This document shows positions 26,670 through 35,853 of a stretch of 64,000 bases of DNA, in pieces. Origin of the DNA: Eubacteriales bacterium (lineage in GTDB: Bacteria > Bacillota > Clostridia > Oscillospirales > QAKW01); contig JAZROO010000108.1 of assembly GCA_045648705.1 (NCBI GenBank), forward strand, positions 31,887-95,886. Reading direction: 5' to 3'. Every line of letters starts with the position of its first letter. Position 1 is the first letter of the stretch. The translations under genes were made by a program, and so were the position numbers. The notes below the pieces were generated by a model. That model did no database searches. It was not told the DNA's origin and was given only the letters and a program-made list of their open reading frames with translations.

Positions 26670-27425
26670 ATGAACATAACACAGACCTTTTATGATAACT
26701 TGGCATCACATTATGATAAACTGTTCCTTGATTGGCAATCTACCACTCACGAACAAGCAACAATCCTACACAAACTCTTTGAAAATAATGGATTTGATAA
26801 AAGATCGCATATTCTTGATTGCGCTTGCGGTATTGGAACACAAGCTATTGGACTTGCTCGTCTTGGGTATAACGTAACTGCCTCTGACATAAGTGATGGC
26901 GAAATAGCTGAGGCAAAAACCAGAGCATCTGATGCCAATGTTAAAATCCGTTTTGAAAATGCTGATTTCTGTGCCTTATCAAAAACTTTTAAAGAAAAGT
27001 TCGATATTGTCATCGCTATGGACAACGCTTTGCCCCATATGCTTTCAAGCACGGATTTAGCAAATGCAATTAAAAGCATCACAAACCAAATAAATGAGAA
27101 CGGAATCTTTGTTGGAAGTATCCGAGATTATGATGCTCTACTTAAAGATAAACCGCCTTACTCTCCGCCTTACATTCATAAAACACCCAAAGGACAGCGC
27201 CTTTCATTTCAAACTTGGGATTGGAATGATGATCATTACAAACTCGTTCAATATATCATTGATGATAGTGAAAATCTTGAGGTGAACAAGTTTGAATGTG
27301 AATACAGAGCAACTCGCCGAGAAGAGCTGACAACGCTGTTTCTTGCCAATGGTTGTAGCGAAGTAGTGTGGAAGTTTCCCGAAGAAACCGGCTTTTATCA
27401 ACCAATCGTAATTGCCAAAAAATAA
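26670..27425 (+). CDS. Class I SAM-dependent methyltransferase
   Basis: Motif I ILDCACGIGTQAIGLARLG and post-I acidic residue (VTASDIS). GGAGG RBS. Confidence 0.85.
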   Translation: MNITQTFYDNLASHYDKLFLDWQSTTHEQATILHKLFENNGFDKRSHILDCACGIGTQAIGLARLGYNVTASDISDGEIAEAKTRASDANVKIRFENADFCALSKTFKEKFDIVIAMDNALPHMLSSTDLANAIKSITNQINENGIFVGSIRDYDALLKDKPPYSPPYIHKTPKGQRLSFQTWDWNDDHYKLVQYIIDDSENLEVNKFECEYRATRREELTTLFLANGCSEVVWKFPEETGFYQPIVIAKK

Positions 27426-27437
27426 TTCTGATTTATC

Positions 27438-27482
27438 GCAACCACCCCAACCTACAGCCATGTGATGTTGAGGTGGTTTTTT
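27438..27482 (+). terminator. Intrinsic terminator after the methyltransferase gene
   Basis: AACCACCCCAAC / loop / GTTGAGGTGGTT followed by TTTTT. Confidence 0.7.
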
Positions 27483-27483
27483 A

Positions 27484-27521
27484 CACAAAAAACGGCTTGG
27501 AAGCATAACTTCCAAGCCGTT
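27484..27521 (-). terminator. Intrinsic terminator after the GMP synthase subunit gene
   Basis: AACGGCTTGGAAG / CATAA / CTTCCAAGCCGTT with a T-run on the minus strand. Confidence 0.8.
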
Positions 27522-27535
27522 TAATATTATTCTCT

Positions 27536-28537
27536 TTATTCCCACTCAATTGTTCCAATGGGCTTGGGTGTAAGGTCAAGCAAAACGCGGTTGATACCTT
27601 CAACCTCATTTGTGATGCGCTCTGTGATTTTATGCAACACAGCATAAGGGATTTCTTCAATGGTTGCGGTCATCGCGTCAGTAGTGTTGACTGCACGAAT
27701 AATGGCAGGCCATCCCTCATAGCGAGCTTCGTTTTTAACGCCTACACTCTTCATATCCGGAACTGCAATAAAGTATTGCCATACCTTTTCAGCAAGACCG
27801 CAGTTATCAAACTCTTCACGAAGAATGGCATCAGCTTCACGCAAAGCATGTAAACGGTCGCGAGTAATTGCACCCAGACAACGCACACCAAGACCAGGGC
27901 CCGGGAAAGGTTGACGATAAACCATTGCATGAGGTAAACCAAGTGCCTCGCCAACTACACGCACTTCATCCTTGAAAAGAAGTTTCAGAGGCTCAACAAG
28001 TTCCATCTTCATTTCTTCGGGAAGTCCACCTACATTGTGGTGCGATTTTACAGGCTTACCGCTTTCTTCAGCCTTAATTGATTCAAGAATATCAGGATAA
28101 ATTGTTCCTTGAGCCAAAAACTCAATTCCCTCTAATTTTGCAGCTTCCTCATCAAAAACATTGATAAACTCAGCACCGATAATCTTACGCTTTTTCTCGG
28201 GATCGGACACGCCTGCCAACAGATTTAAGAAACGATCTGTTGCATCAATATAGATAAGGTTGGCATCCATTTCCTCACCGAAAATTTTAACTACGTCTTC
28301 GCTCTCGCCTTTACGCATCAGACCGTGGTTTACGTGAACACAAACCAGTTGTTTTCCAATTGCTTTAATCAACAATGCGGCAACAACCGATGAATCAACA
28401 CCGCCCGACAAAGCTAAAAGAACTTTTTTGTCACCTACTTGCTCGCGCACCAAGGCAACCTGCTCTTCAATAAAAGCATCGGCAAGTGTTTTTGTTGTGA
28501 TTCGTTGCATAGTTTCAGGACGTTTATCGTTTTGCAT
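27536..28537 (-). CDS. guaA: GMP synthase ATP-pyrophosphatase/dimerisation subunit only (no glutamine amidotransferase domain)
   Basis: 333 aa. PP-loop LALSGGVDSSV, KSHHNVGGLP, PFPGPGLG and C-terminal TIEWE align with the C-terminal two thirds of bacterial GuaA. The ORF starts about 25 residues before the PP-loop and nothing GATase-like lies upstream. Confidence 0.85.
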   Translation of the reverse strand: MQNDKRPETMQRITTKTLADAFIEEQVALVREQVGDKKVLLALSGGVDSSVVAALLIKAIGKQLVCVHVNHGLMRKGESEDVVKIFGEEMDANLIYIDATDRFLNLLAGVSDPEKKRKIIGAEFINVFDEEAAKLEGIEFLAQGTIYPDILESIKAEESGKPVKSHHNVGGLPEEMKMELVEPLKLLFKDEVRVVGEALGLPHAMVYRQPFPGPGLGVRCLGAITRDRLHALREADAILREEFDNCGLAEKVWQYFIAVPDMKSVGVKNEARYEGWPAIIRAVNTTDAMTATIEEIPYAVLHKITERITNEVEGINRVLLDLTPKPIGTIEWE

Positions 28538-28557
28538 ATCTATTTCCTCCTAAATTT

Positions 28558-29160
28558 TTAACAAATAACATTTTTGATCGCAGAAAGCAAATCATCAAAC
28601 TCATCAAAAGCAGGTATATCCGGATTATCGGTTTTAATTTGCTCTGTGCTTTTAAACAAGAAACCGGCTTTACTTGCTTTAATCATACCCAAATCATTAT
28701 AGCTATCGCCGGCTGCGATTGTATCAAATCCAATAGACTGCAATGCCTTAACAGTGTTAAATTTGGATTTTTCAACACGCATTTTGTAACCGGTGATTTT
28801 TCCATCGGGAGCAACCTCTAAGGTGTTACAAAACAGTGTGGGAAAATTCAATTTGCTCATCAAAGGCATACCAAACTGAGTAAAGGTATCACTGATAATG
28901 ATTACCTGTGTCAAAGTTCTCAGTTCATCCAAAAATTCTCTTGCACCGGGTAACGGCTCAATTTTTGAAATAGTTTCTTGAATTTCTTTTAAACCCAAAC
29001 CGTGTTGCTCTAAAATATCAAGACGATATTTCATCAACTTATCATAGTCAGGCTCATCTCTTGTTGTACGTTCCAGTTCAGGAATACCACTTGCTTTTGC
29101 AAAAGCAATCCAGATTTCCGGCACTAAAACGCCTTCCATATCAAGACATACAATATTCAC
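28558..29160 (-). CDS. thrH: ThrH-type HAD phosphoserine phosphatase / homoserine phosphotransferase
   Basis: GTG start at 29160 behind GGGAGG. (M)NIVCLDMEGVLVPEIWIAFAKASGI...TTRDEPDYDKLMKYRLDIL closely resembles my recollection of Pseudomonas aeruginosa ThrH. Confidence 0.75.
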   Translation of the reverse strand: MNIVCLDMEGVLVPEIWIAFAKASGIPELERTTRDEPDYDKLMKYRLDILEQHGLGLKEIQETISKIEPLPGAREFLDELRTLTQVIIISDTFTQFGMPLMSKLNFPTLFCNTLEVAPDGKITGYKMRVEKSKFNTVKALQSIGFDTIAAGDSYNDLGMIKASKAGFLFKSTEQIKTDNPDIPAFDEFDDLLSAIKNVIC

Positions 29161-29178
29161 AACAGTTCCTCCCAAAAA

Positions 29179-30267
29179 TTATTTACTTTCCAATTGTTCT
29201 TGTTCATCGATGATCTCGGTTTCCTGCTTATTGCCGATTCTGAGAAGCATCAAACATCCGACACCAACTATCATAAACACCAAACCGATAACAAGCAGTG
29301 CCATTCTAAAACCTTCACCGGTTAACATAACGGCAATCGTGCCCAAAACGGCACTGACCGTATATAAAATCAATACTGCCTTACGCTGTGAAAGACCAAT
29401 GGCAACAAGTTTATGGTGCAAATGCTTTTTGTCGCCCGAAAACGGACTTCGACCACTGAGGATACGACGTACTGCCGCAAATCCCATATCAAATATAGGT
29501 AATCCCAAAACAAGAAAAGGAGCAAAAAACGTTATAACATCCGATGCTCTGAACAGACCCATGACCATCAAACAGCCAAGAATATACCCTATAAACATCG
29601 CGCCCGTGTCACCCATAAATAATTTGGCAGGGTTGACATTATAAGGCAAAAATCCAAGACAAGCCCCTGCAAGTGCTGCTGCAATAATGCAAACAACGTA
29701 GTCGCTAAGCAAAAATGAAATTGCAACAACACACAAACTCATAATGGTAGAAACACCACAAGCAAGACCGTCAAGCCCGTCGATCAAATTAACGGCATTT
29801 AATATTGCCATAATCCAAATCATTGTGATTATATATTGCCATAATAACGGCAATTCGATATATGCGTCACCTGCCCCGAAATTAGGTATGCGTTCGATAC
29901 GAACACCAAAAAAAACAGGCAAGAATACCGCAAAAATCTGAGGAATTCCTTTAAATAAAGGTTTTAATGCCAACACATCGTCAACAACGCCCAAAACCAC
30001 GATAATCATGGCGCCAAGTAATACACCACGTATTTCATTATCGATAAAATCAATACTCAGACAAATTACCGAAATGAAAAAGCCTGTAAAAATTGCGATG
30101 CCGCCCAAACGGGGTATTGGCTTTTTGTGCATTCTGCGGCTATCTTTCGGTACGTCAATTGCACCTACTCGAAATGCAAAGCTTCTTGCTACCGGCGTCA
30201 TCACAAAAGACAGCGCCGCCGCAAACACAAGAGCACATATTGTTAAAATAATATCTGTAAGTTCCAT
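29179..30267 (-). CDS. Glycosyltransferase family 4 (MraY/WecA/TagO-type undecaprenyl-phosphate HexNAc-1-phosphate transferase)
   Basis: Start ATG 30267 behind AAGGCGG. 10-11 TM helices, with the VGAIDVPKDSRRMHKKPIPRLGG and NLIDGLDGL motifs. Confidence 0.85.
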   Translation of the reverse strand: MELTDIILTICALVFAAALSFVMTPVARSFAFRVGAIDVPKDSRRMHKKPIPRLGGIAIFTGFFISVICLSIDFIDNEIRGVLLGAMIIVVLGVVDDVLALKPLFKGIPQIFAVFLPVFFGVRIERIPNFGAGDAYIELPLLWQYIITMIWIMAILNAVNLIDGLDGLACGVSTIMSLCVVAISFLLSDYVVCIIAAALAGACLGFLPYNVNPAKLFMGDTGAMFIGYILGCLMVMGLFRASDVITFFAPFLVLGLPIFDMGFAAVRRILSGRSPFSGDKKHLHHKLVAIGLSQRKAVLILYTVSAVLGTIAVMLTGEGFRMALLVIGLVFMIVGVGCLMLLRIGNKQETEIIDEQEQLESK

Positions 30268-30278
30268 ATTCAACCGCC

Positions 30279-31277
30279 TTATCCGGCAATAAAACCAACT
30301 TTTTTATAAACCTTGCGCAAAGTACGTTCAGCAATTGCCGATGCCTTCCCTGCGCTTTCAGTGTAGACTTGTTCAAGATAATCTTTGTTCTTCATCAAGT
30401 CATTGAACGTGTCACGAAGAGGCTTGAGATGGGCAGCCACCGCCTCACCGACTGCAACCTTAAACGTTCCATATCCTTGACCTGCAAATTCAGAAACGGC
30501 TTGTTCGATCGTTTTTCCTGTAACAGCCGAGTAAATAGTCAGCAAATTGTTTATGCCGTCTTTACCGTCTTTATATGCAATTTCCATATCACTGTCAGTC
30601 ACTGCCGACTTAAACTTCTTAATGATTGTTGCTTCATCGTCAATCACGCTGACATAAGATTTTGGATTTTCATCGGATTTTGACATTTTTCTTGTAGGAT
30701 CGGTCAATGACATAACCTTTGCTCCGACAGGAGGAATGTACGGATCGGGAACAACAAACGTGGGACTGTACGCACCGTTAAAACGCTCAGCAATATTTCT
30801 CGCAAGTTCCAAATGCTGCTTTTGGTCTACTCCGACGGGCACCAAATCAGCTTGATAAAGCAAAATATCTGCCGCCATCAAAACGGGATAATCAAACAAT
30901 CCGGCATTAATGTTATCTGCATGCTTTTGCGATTTATCCTTAAACTGCGTCATTCTTGATAATTCGCCAAACATTGTGTAACAATTAAGCACCCAAGAGA
31001 GCTGTGCGTGTTGAGGCACATGGCTTTGAATAAAAATCAAACTCTTTTCGGGATCGACTCCACTGGCAATAATCATTGCCAAAGTTTCAAGTGAACGACG
31101 GCGAAGATCCGCAGGATTTTGGCGGACTGTGATAGCATGCATGTCCACCACCGAATAAATACAAGCATATTCCTCCTGCAATGCCGCCCAGTTTTTAACA
31201 GCACCAATATAGTTACCCAAAGTTATAATACCACTGGGCTGAATACCGCTAAAAATAACTTTCTTATCATTAATCAT
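30279..31277 (-). CDS. trpS: Tryptophanyl-tRNA synthetase
   Basis: Start MINDKKVIFSGIQPSG (ATG 31277). The HIGH-region equivalent is TLGNYIGA, and the KMSKS motif is present. Confidence 0.93.
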   Translation of the reverse strand: MINDKKVIFSGIQPSGIITLGNYIGAVKNWAALQEEYACIYSVVDMHAITVRQNPADLRRRSLETLAMIIASGVDPEKSLIFIQSHVPQHAQLSWVLNCYTMFGELSRMTQFKDKSQKHADNINAGLFDYPVLMAADILLYQADLVPVGVDQKQHLELARNIAERFNGAYSPTFVVPDPYIPPVGAKVMSLTDPTRKMSKSDENPKSYVSVIDDEATIIKKFKSAVTDSDMEIAYKDGKDGINNLLTIYSAVTGKTIEQAVSEFAGQGYGTFKVAVGEAVAAHLKPLRDTFNDLMKNKDYLEQVYTESAGKASAIAERTLRKVYKKVGFIAG

Positions 31278-31421
31278 AACAAAACTCACCTTTTAGACAA
31301 GATACTTTTTACTAATAAATGGCATTATATCACATTTTTTTTGACTTGACAATACAAAATAAAAAATATAATATATTGTTATAAGAAATAATATGTCATT
31401 TAAAAATTGGAGGAAATCTAA

Positions 31422-32873
31422 ATGGTAAGAACCAGATTTGCGCCCAGTCCCACAGGCTATATGCACGTAGGCAACTTGCGCACCGCGCTTTACACATATT
31501 TAATTGCGCGCAAAAACAACGGAAAATTTATTCTCAGAATTGAAGACACGGACCAAGAAAGATATGTCGAAGGTGCCGTTGATCTGATTTACAGAACAAT
31601 GCGCGAGACCGGTCTGATTTGGGATGAAGGTCCTGACATTGGCGGTGACTTTGGCCCTTATATTCAATCCGAACGCCAAGGACTTTATATGGAATATGCC
31701 AAAATGTTGGTTGAGAAAGGCCATGCTTACTATTGTTTCTGTGATAAGGAACGACTGGAAGAACTCAGAATGATTCATCAGATCTCCAAAGTTCCTCATC
31801 GCTATGATGGTAAATGCCGTAATCTTTCCAAAGAAGAAGTTGACGCATTGCTTGCTGAGGGCAAACCTTTTGTTATTCGCCAAAAATGCCCCACCGAAGG
31901 TCAAACCACCTTTGTTGATGCGGTTTATGGTGAAATTTCAGTCAACAACGATGAACTTGATGATCAGATTTTGATCAAAACCGATGGACTGCCTACCTAC
32001 AACTTTGCAAACGTTGTTGATGATCACCTGATGGGCATCACGCACGTTGTACGCGGCAACGAGTATTTATCCAGCACTCCTAAATACAATTTGCTTTATG
32101 AAGCATTTGGTTGGGAAGTTCCGACCTATATTCATTGTCCCCCAGTAATGCGTACTCCCACCAAAAAGCTTTCTAAAAGAGATGGTGATGCCTCCTACGA
32201 AGATTTTATTACAAAAGGTTATTTAAAAGAGGCTGTGCTCAATTATATCGCACTTCTTGGTTGGGCTCCCAAAGGTGAAAGAGAAAAATTCACCTTAGAA
32301 GAATTGGTAGATGCTTTTGAACTTTCAGGCATTTCCAAATCCCCTGCCATTTTCGATCCTGAAAAGCTGAATTGGTTAAACGGTGAATATATAAAGGATC
32401 TTGACTTTGATGTCTTTTATGAAATGGCGCTTCCTTATATTGATAAAGCAATTTCAGCACCGCAAGTTGACAAAAAGGCTGTCGCCGCTTTGATGCAGAC
32501 AAGAGTGCAACTTCTCAGTGAAATTCCCGAACAGATCGACTTTTTCGACGCTGTTCCCGAGTATGATATTTCTCTTTACACCCACAAAAAGATGAAAACC
32601 AATCCTGAAAATTCACTTATTTCTTTAGAGAAAACACTCCCCGTTCTTGAAAGCCTTGACAACTGGACGCAAGAAACCATTCACGATGCCTTGTTTGCCT
32701 TAATCGCTGAAATGGAAGTTAAAAACGGTATTGTTCTTTGGCCGCTTCGCACAGCGCTTTCCGGAAAACAATTTACGCCCGGTGGCGGTGTAGAACTTGC
32801 TCTTTTACTTGGCAAAGATGAGACAATCACCCGTATCAAAGCCGCCATTGCTAAATTAAAAGAAGAAAACTAA
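31422..32873 (+). CDS. gltX: Glutamyl-tRNA synthetase
   Basis: [24 protein letters not shown] (HIGH region) and the KLSKR motif. GGAGG RBS. Confidence 0.95.
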   Translation: MVRTRFAPSPTGYMHVGNLRTALYTYLIARKNNGKFILRIEDTDQERYVEGAVDLIYRTMRETGLIWDEGPDIGGDFGPYIQSERQGLYMEYAKMLVEKGHAYYCFCDKERLEELRMIHQISKVPHRYDGKCRNLSKEEVDALLAEGKPFVIRQKCPTEGQTTFVDAVYGEISVNNDELDDQILIKTDGLPTYNFANVVDDHLMGITHVVRGNEYLSSTPKYNLLYEAFGWEVPTYIHCPPVMRTPTKKLSKRDGDASYEDFITKGYLKEAVLNYIALLGWAPKGEREKFTLEELVDAFELSGISKSPAIFDPEKLNWLNGEYIKDLDFDVFYEMALPYIDKAISAPQVDKKAVAALMQTRVQLLSEIPEQIDFFDAVPEYDISLYTHKKMKTNPENSLISLEKTLPVLESLDNWTQETIHDALFALIAEMEVKNGIVLWPLRTALSGKQFTPGGGVELALLLGKDETITRIKAAIAKLKEEN

Positions 32874-32888
32874 ACCAATAATTAAATA

Positions 32889-32928
32889 AGTCCGTCGCGA
32901 ACTCCGGACTCAAAATATTTACTAAGGA
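32889..32928 (+). promoter_or_regulatory. Probable preQ1-I riboswitch
   Basis: AGTCCG / TCGCGAACTC / CGGACT hairpin followed by the A-rich tail CAAAATATTTACTAAGGA, which contains the SD. This resembles known preQ1-I aptamers (small P1 stem, UCGC..AAC loop, ACUAAGG tail) and sits directly in front of queT. The tail is a few nt longer than usual. Confidence 0.55.
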
Positions 32929-32929
32929 T

Positions 32930-33457
32930 GTGTTAATTTTGCGCAATAAATCTAAAAACATTGCAAAAGCCGCAATGATTGGAGCACTCTACGTTTTGCT
33001 GACATATCTGCAAAACATATTATTTCCCGGTACAACCAGTGCCGCGATTCAATTCAGAGCATCTGAAGCACTGATGATGCTCTCCCTTTTTACACCCTCT
33101 GCCATTTACGGCCTGACAGCAGGTTGTTTTGTTGCCAACATTATCAGCGGTATGCCGCTTGATATGATTATCGGCTCTTTTGCAACATTGCTGACAACCA
33201 TATTAATTTTTTATACAAAAAACATTAAGATCAAAGACTTTCCGTTCCTCTCACTATTGTTTCCTGCCCTTTGTAACGGACTGATTGTCGGAACTGAAAT
33301 TCAGTTTTTTTATATTGGAAAATTTCATTGGTTGAGCCTTTTAACGCAGATTGGCTGTGTGGCATTAGGTGAATTTGCTGTCACCATTATATTGGGCATT
33401 CCTTTTTATATTTTTATCAAAAAGACTAACATTGAAGAAATTTTAAAGCGAGGTTGA
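32930..33457 (+). CDS. queT: Queuosine precursor transporter QueT (ECF S-component-like)
   Basis: Small protein with about 5 TM helices and the AKAAMIGALYVLLTY...IQFRASEAL pattern of QueT. The track start GTG 32930 is only 1 nt from the SD, so TTG 32939 is more plausible. Confidence 0.75.
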   Translation: MLILRNKSKNIAKAAMIGALYVLLTYLQNILFPGTTSAAIQFRASEALMMLSLFTPSAIYGLTAGCFVANIISGMPLDMIIGSFATLLTTILIFYTKNIKIKDFPFLSLLFPALCNGLIVGTEIQFFYIGKFHWLSLLTQIGCVALGEFAVTIILGIPFYIFIKKTNIEEILKRG

Positions 33458-33461
33458 TATT

Positions 33462-34331
33462 ATGAAGGTAAGAAAAGCTATTATACCCGCCGCAGGCCTT
33501 GGAACAAGGGTTTTACCCGCTTCAAAAGCGGTTCCGAAAGAATTGCTTCCGATTGTTGACAAACCTGCAATTCAATACATTGTTGAAGAAGCGGTTGCAG
33601 CAGGAATCAAAGATATACTGATTATCACCAATCGTGGAAAATCCTTAATGGAAGATCACTTTGACAGAGCCCCCGAACTTGAAGAACGCCTTCTTGCCGG
33701 AAATAAACAAGAGCTTTATGATGCTGTTGTTTCTTCTGCCAATCTTGCGAACATTTACTTTATCAGACAAAAAGAAACCAAAGGCCTTGGTCACGCAGTA
33801 CTCGCTGCCAAAGAATTTGTCGGTAATGAGCCGTTTGCCGTATTATATGGTGACGATGTTATTATCGGAGAAGTTCCCACTACCAAGGAACTGATTGATG
33901 CTTATGATAAATATCAAAAAGGTGCCGTTGGCATAAAACAAGTTGCCAAGGAAGATATACACAAATATTGTTCTTTGGCCGTCGACGAGTTGGAAGACAG
34001 AACATATGCGGTTTCCGATATGGTCGAAAAACCATCGGATGATCAAATTATGTCACTATTTTCAATTTTGGGCAGATGCGTTTTACCTGCCGAAATTTTT
34101 TCCATTTTGGAAAACACCAAACCCGGTGCAGGCGGTGAAATTCAATTAACCGATGCTATGCAAGTTCTTGCAAAGAAAGACGGAATGATCGGTGTTGACT
34201 TTTTGAGCAAACGTTATGACATGGGAAATAAACTCGGCATTATGATGGCAAACTGCGAAGTCGCAGCAAAGCATAGTGAAATTGGTGAAGATTTCAAAAA
34301 ATATATCAAAGAATTTGCAGCAAAACTTTAA
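33462..34331 (+). CDS. galU: UTP--glucose-1-phosphate uridylyltransferase
   Basis: MKVRKAIIPAAGLGTRVLPASKAVPKELLPIVDKP signature. Confidence 0.93.
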   Translation: MKVRKAIIPAAGLGTRVLPASKAVPKELLPIVDKPAIQYIVEEAVAAGIKDILIITNRGKSLMEDHFDRAPELEERLLAGNKQELYDAVVSSANLANIYFIRQKETKGLGHAVLAAKEFVGNEPFAVLYGDDVIIGEVPTTKELIDAYDKYQKGAVGIKQVAKEDIHKYCSLAVDELEDRTYAVSDMVEKPSDDQIMSLFSILGRCVLPAEIFSILENTKPGAGGEIQLTDAMQVLAKKDGMIGVDFLSKRYDMGNKLGIMMANCEVAAKHSEIGEDFKKYIKEFAAKL

Positions 34332-34349
34332 TTTTTGAAGGGAATATTT

Positions 34350-35207
34350 ATGGTTCGTTTCGGTCCTGCCGGTAACTGTGATTTGTTTTATGAACACGGA
34401 AATAAATCAACGACGCAAATTCCGGCTTTTCTAAATAAAATAGGTTTGGATTCATATGAAATTCAATGTGGCAGAGGTGTCAGAATGAAAAAAGACGCTG
34501 CCCAAATCATGAAAAGCGAATCCGAAAAATTCAATATTTCACTTTCTGTTCATGCACCGTACTACATCTCGATGTCAGGAATCGAAGAAGAAAAACGCCT
34601 TAAAAGCATTGACTATATCTTGCAGTCCGCGCGACTGGCAAAGGATAGCGGTGCTACTCGCGTTGTACTCCATAGCGGCTCCTGCTCAAAGATTAGCAGA
34701 GAACATGCGCTTTCTTTAGCAATGGATACTATGCAAAAGGCGCTCGATGCTCTTAAAGACGAGGGACTGAGCAACATTTTCATTTGTCCTGAGACTATGG
34801 GAAAAATCAATCAACTCGGTACATTAGAAGAGGTTTTGGCGCTCTGCTCTTTGAGCGAACAACTTCTTCCTGCCATTGACTTCGGTCACCTGAATGCACG
34901 AACCAACGGTTCCATTCAAACTGAAGCTGATTATGCAAAAATCTTAGACCAAATCGAAGATGCAATTGGCGTTGAACGTGCGAAGATTTTCCATTCTCAC
35001 TTTTCAAAAATTGAATATACCGAAGCAGGCGGCGAAGTGAGACATCTGACTTTCAATGACAATATCTACGGTCCTGATTTTGAGCCACTTGCCAACCAAC
35101 TTGTAAAAAGAGGTTACTCCCCTACGATCATTTGTGAATCCGCAGGCACACAGAGCAGTGATGCCCTGACGATGAAACAAATTTATCAAACAATTTACCA
35201 AAAATAG
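34350..35207 (+). CDS. Endonuclease IV-like / xylose isomerase-like TIM-barrel protein
   Basis: Start ATG 34350 behind GAAGGGA. HAPYYISMSG, VLHSGS and IDFGHLNA resemble the metal-ligand blocks of the Nfo family. Assignment is tentative. Confidence 0.5.
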   Translation: MVRFGPAGNCDLFYEHGNKSTTQIPAFLNKIGLDSYEIQCGRGVRMKKDAAQIMKSESEKFNISLSVHAPYYISMSGIEEEKRLKSIDYILQSARLAKDSGATRVVLHSGSCSKISREHALSLAMDTMQKALDALKDEGLSNIFICPETMGKINQLGTLEEVLALCSLSEQLLPAIDFGHLNARTNGSIQTEADYAKILDQIEDAIGVERAKIFHSHFSKIEYTEAGGEVRHLTFNDNIYGPDFEPLANQLVKRGYSPTIICESAGTQSSDALTMKQIYQTIYQK

Positions 35208-35295
35208 TTATATTATAATGTTTCTTAATAAAATAACTTGCAAAATGGCAAATAATAGTATAAAATAATAAAAGAATATTTTGGAGGTATAAATC

Positions 35296-35853
35296 ATGCT
35301 TACTGCTGGAGATTTCAGAAACGGAATTACATTTGATATGGATGGACAAGTCTATCAAGTTATCGAATTCCAACACGTTAAACCCGGAAAAGGCGCTGCT
35401 TTCGTGCGCACCAAATTCAAAAACGTTATTACCGGTGCCGTTGTTGAAAAGTCTTTCAACCCCACCGATAAATTCGAAAACGCTTTCATCGAGCGTAAAG
35501 AGTATGAGTATCTTTACAATGATGGCGAACTTTACTACTTTATGGATAGTGAAACCTATGAGCAAATCCCCCTGGATGCATCTAAATTGGGTGACAACTT
35601 TAAATTCGTAAAAGAAAACGACGTTGTTAAGTTGATGTCCTACAAAGGCAATGTATTCAGCGTAGAACCCCCCATGTTTGTTGTTTTGGAAGTTACCGAA
35701 ACCGAACCCGGTGTTCGCGGTGATACTGCCACCAACGTAACCAAGCCTGCTACTCTCGAAACCGGCGCTGTAATCAAAGTACCGATCTTTATCAACGAAG
35801 GCGAAAAAGTTAAGATCGACACACGTACCGGTGAATACATGGAGCGTGCATAA
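35296..35853 (+). CDS. efp: Translation elongation factor P
   Basis: [43 protein letters not shown]. The conserved loop lysine (KPGKG) is present. Confidence 0.95.
   Translation: MLTAGDFRNGITFDMDGQVYQVIEFQHVKPGKGAAFVRTKFKNVITGAVVEKSFNPTDKFENAFIERKEYEYLYNDGELYYFMDSETYEQIPLDASKLGDNFKFVKENDVVKLMSYKGNVFSVEPPMFVVLEVTETEPGVRGDTATNVTKPATLETGAVIKVPIFINEGEKVKIDTRTGEYMERA

Noticed and set aside
31278-31421. I looked for T-box leaders upstream of the aminoacyl-tRNA synthetase genes: trpS/gltX in the divergent region 31278-31421, lysS at 1250-1305, and leuS at 49265-49268.
   Set aside because: The intergenic regions are far too short (144, 56 and 4 nt) for a T-box of about 200 nt or more. No AGAGA/GNUGGNA-type specifier and T-box motifs were seen.
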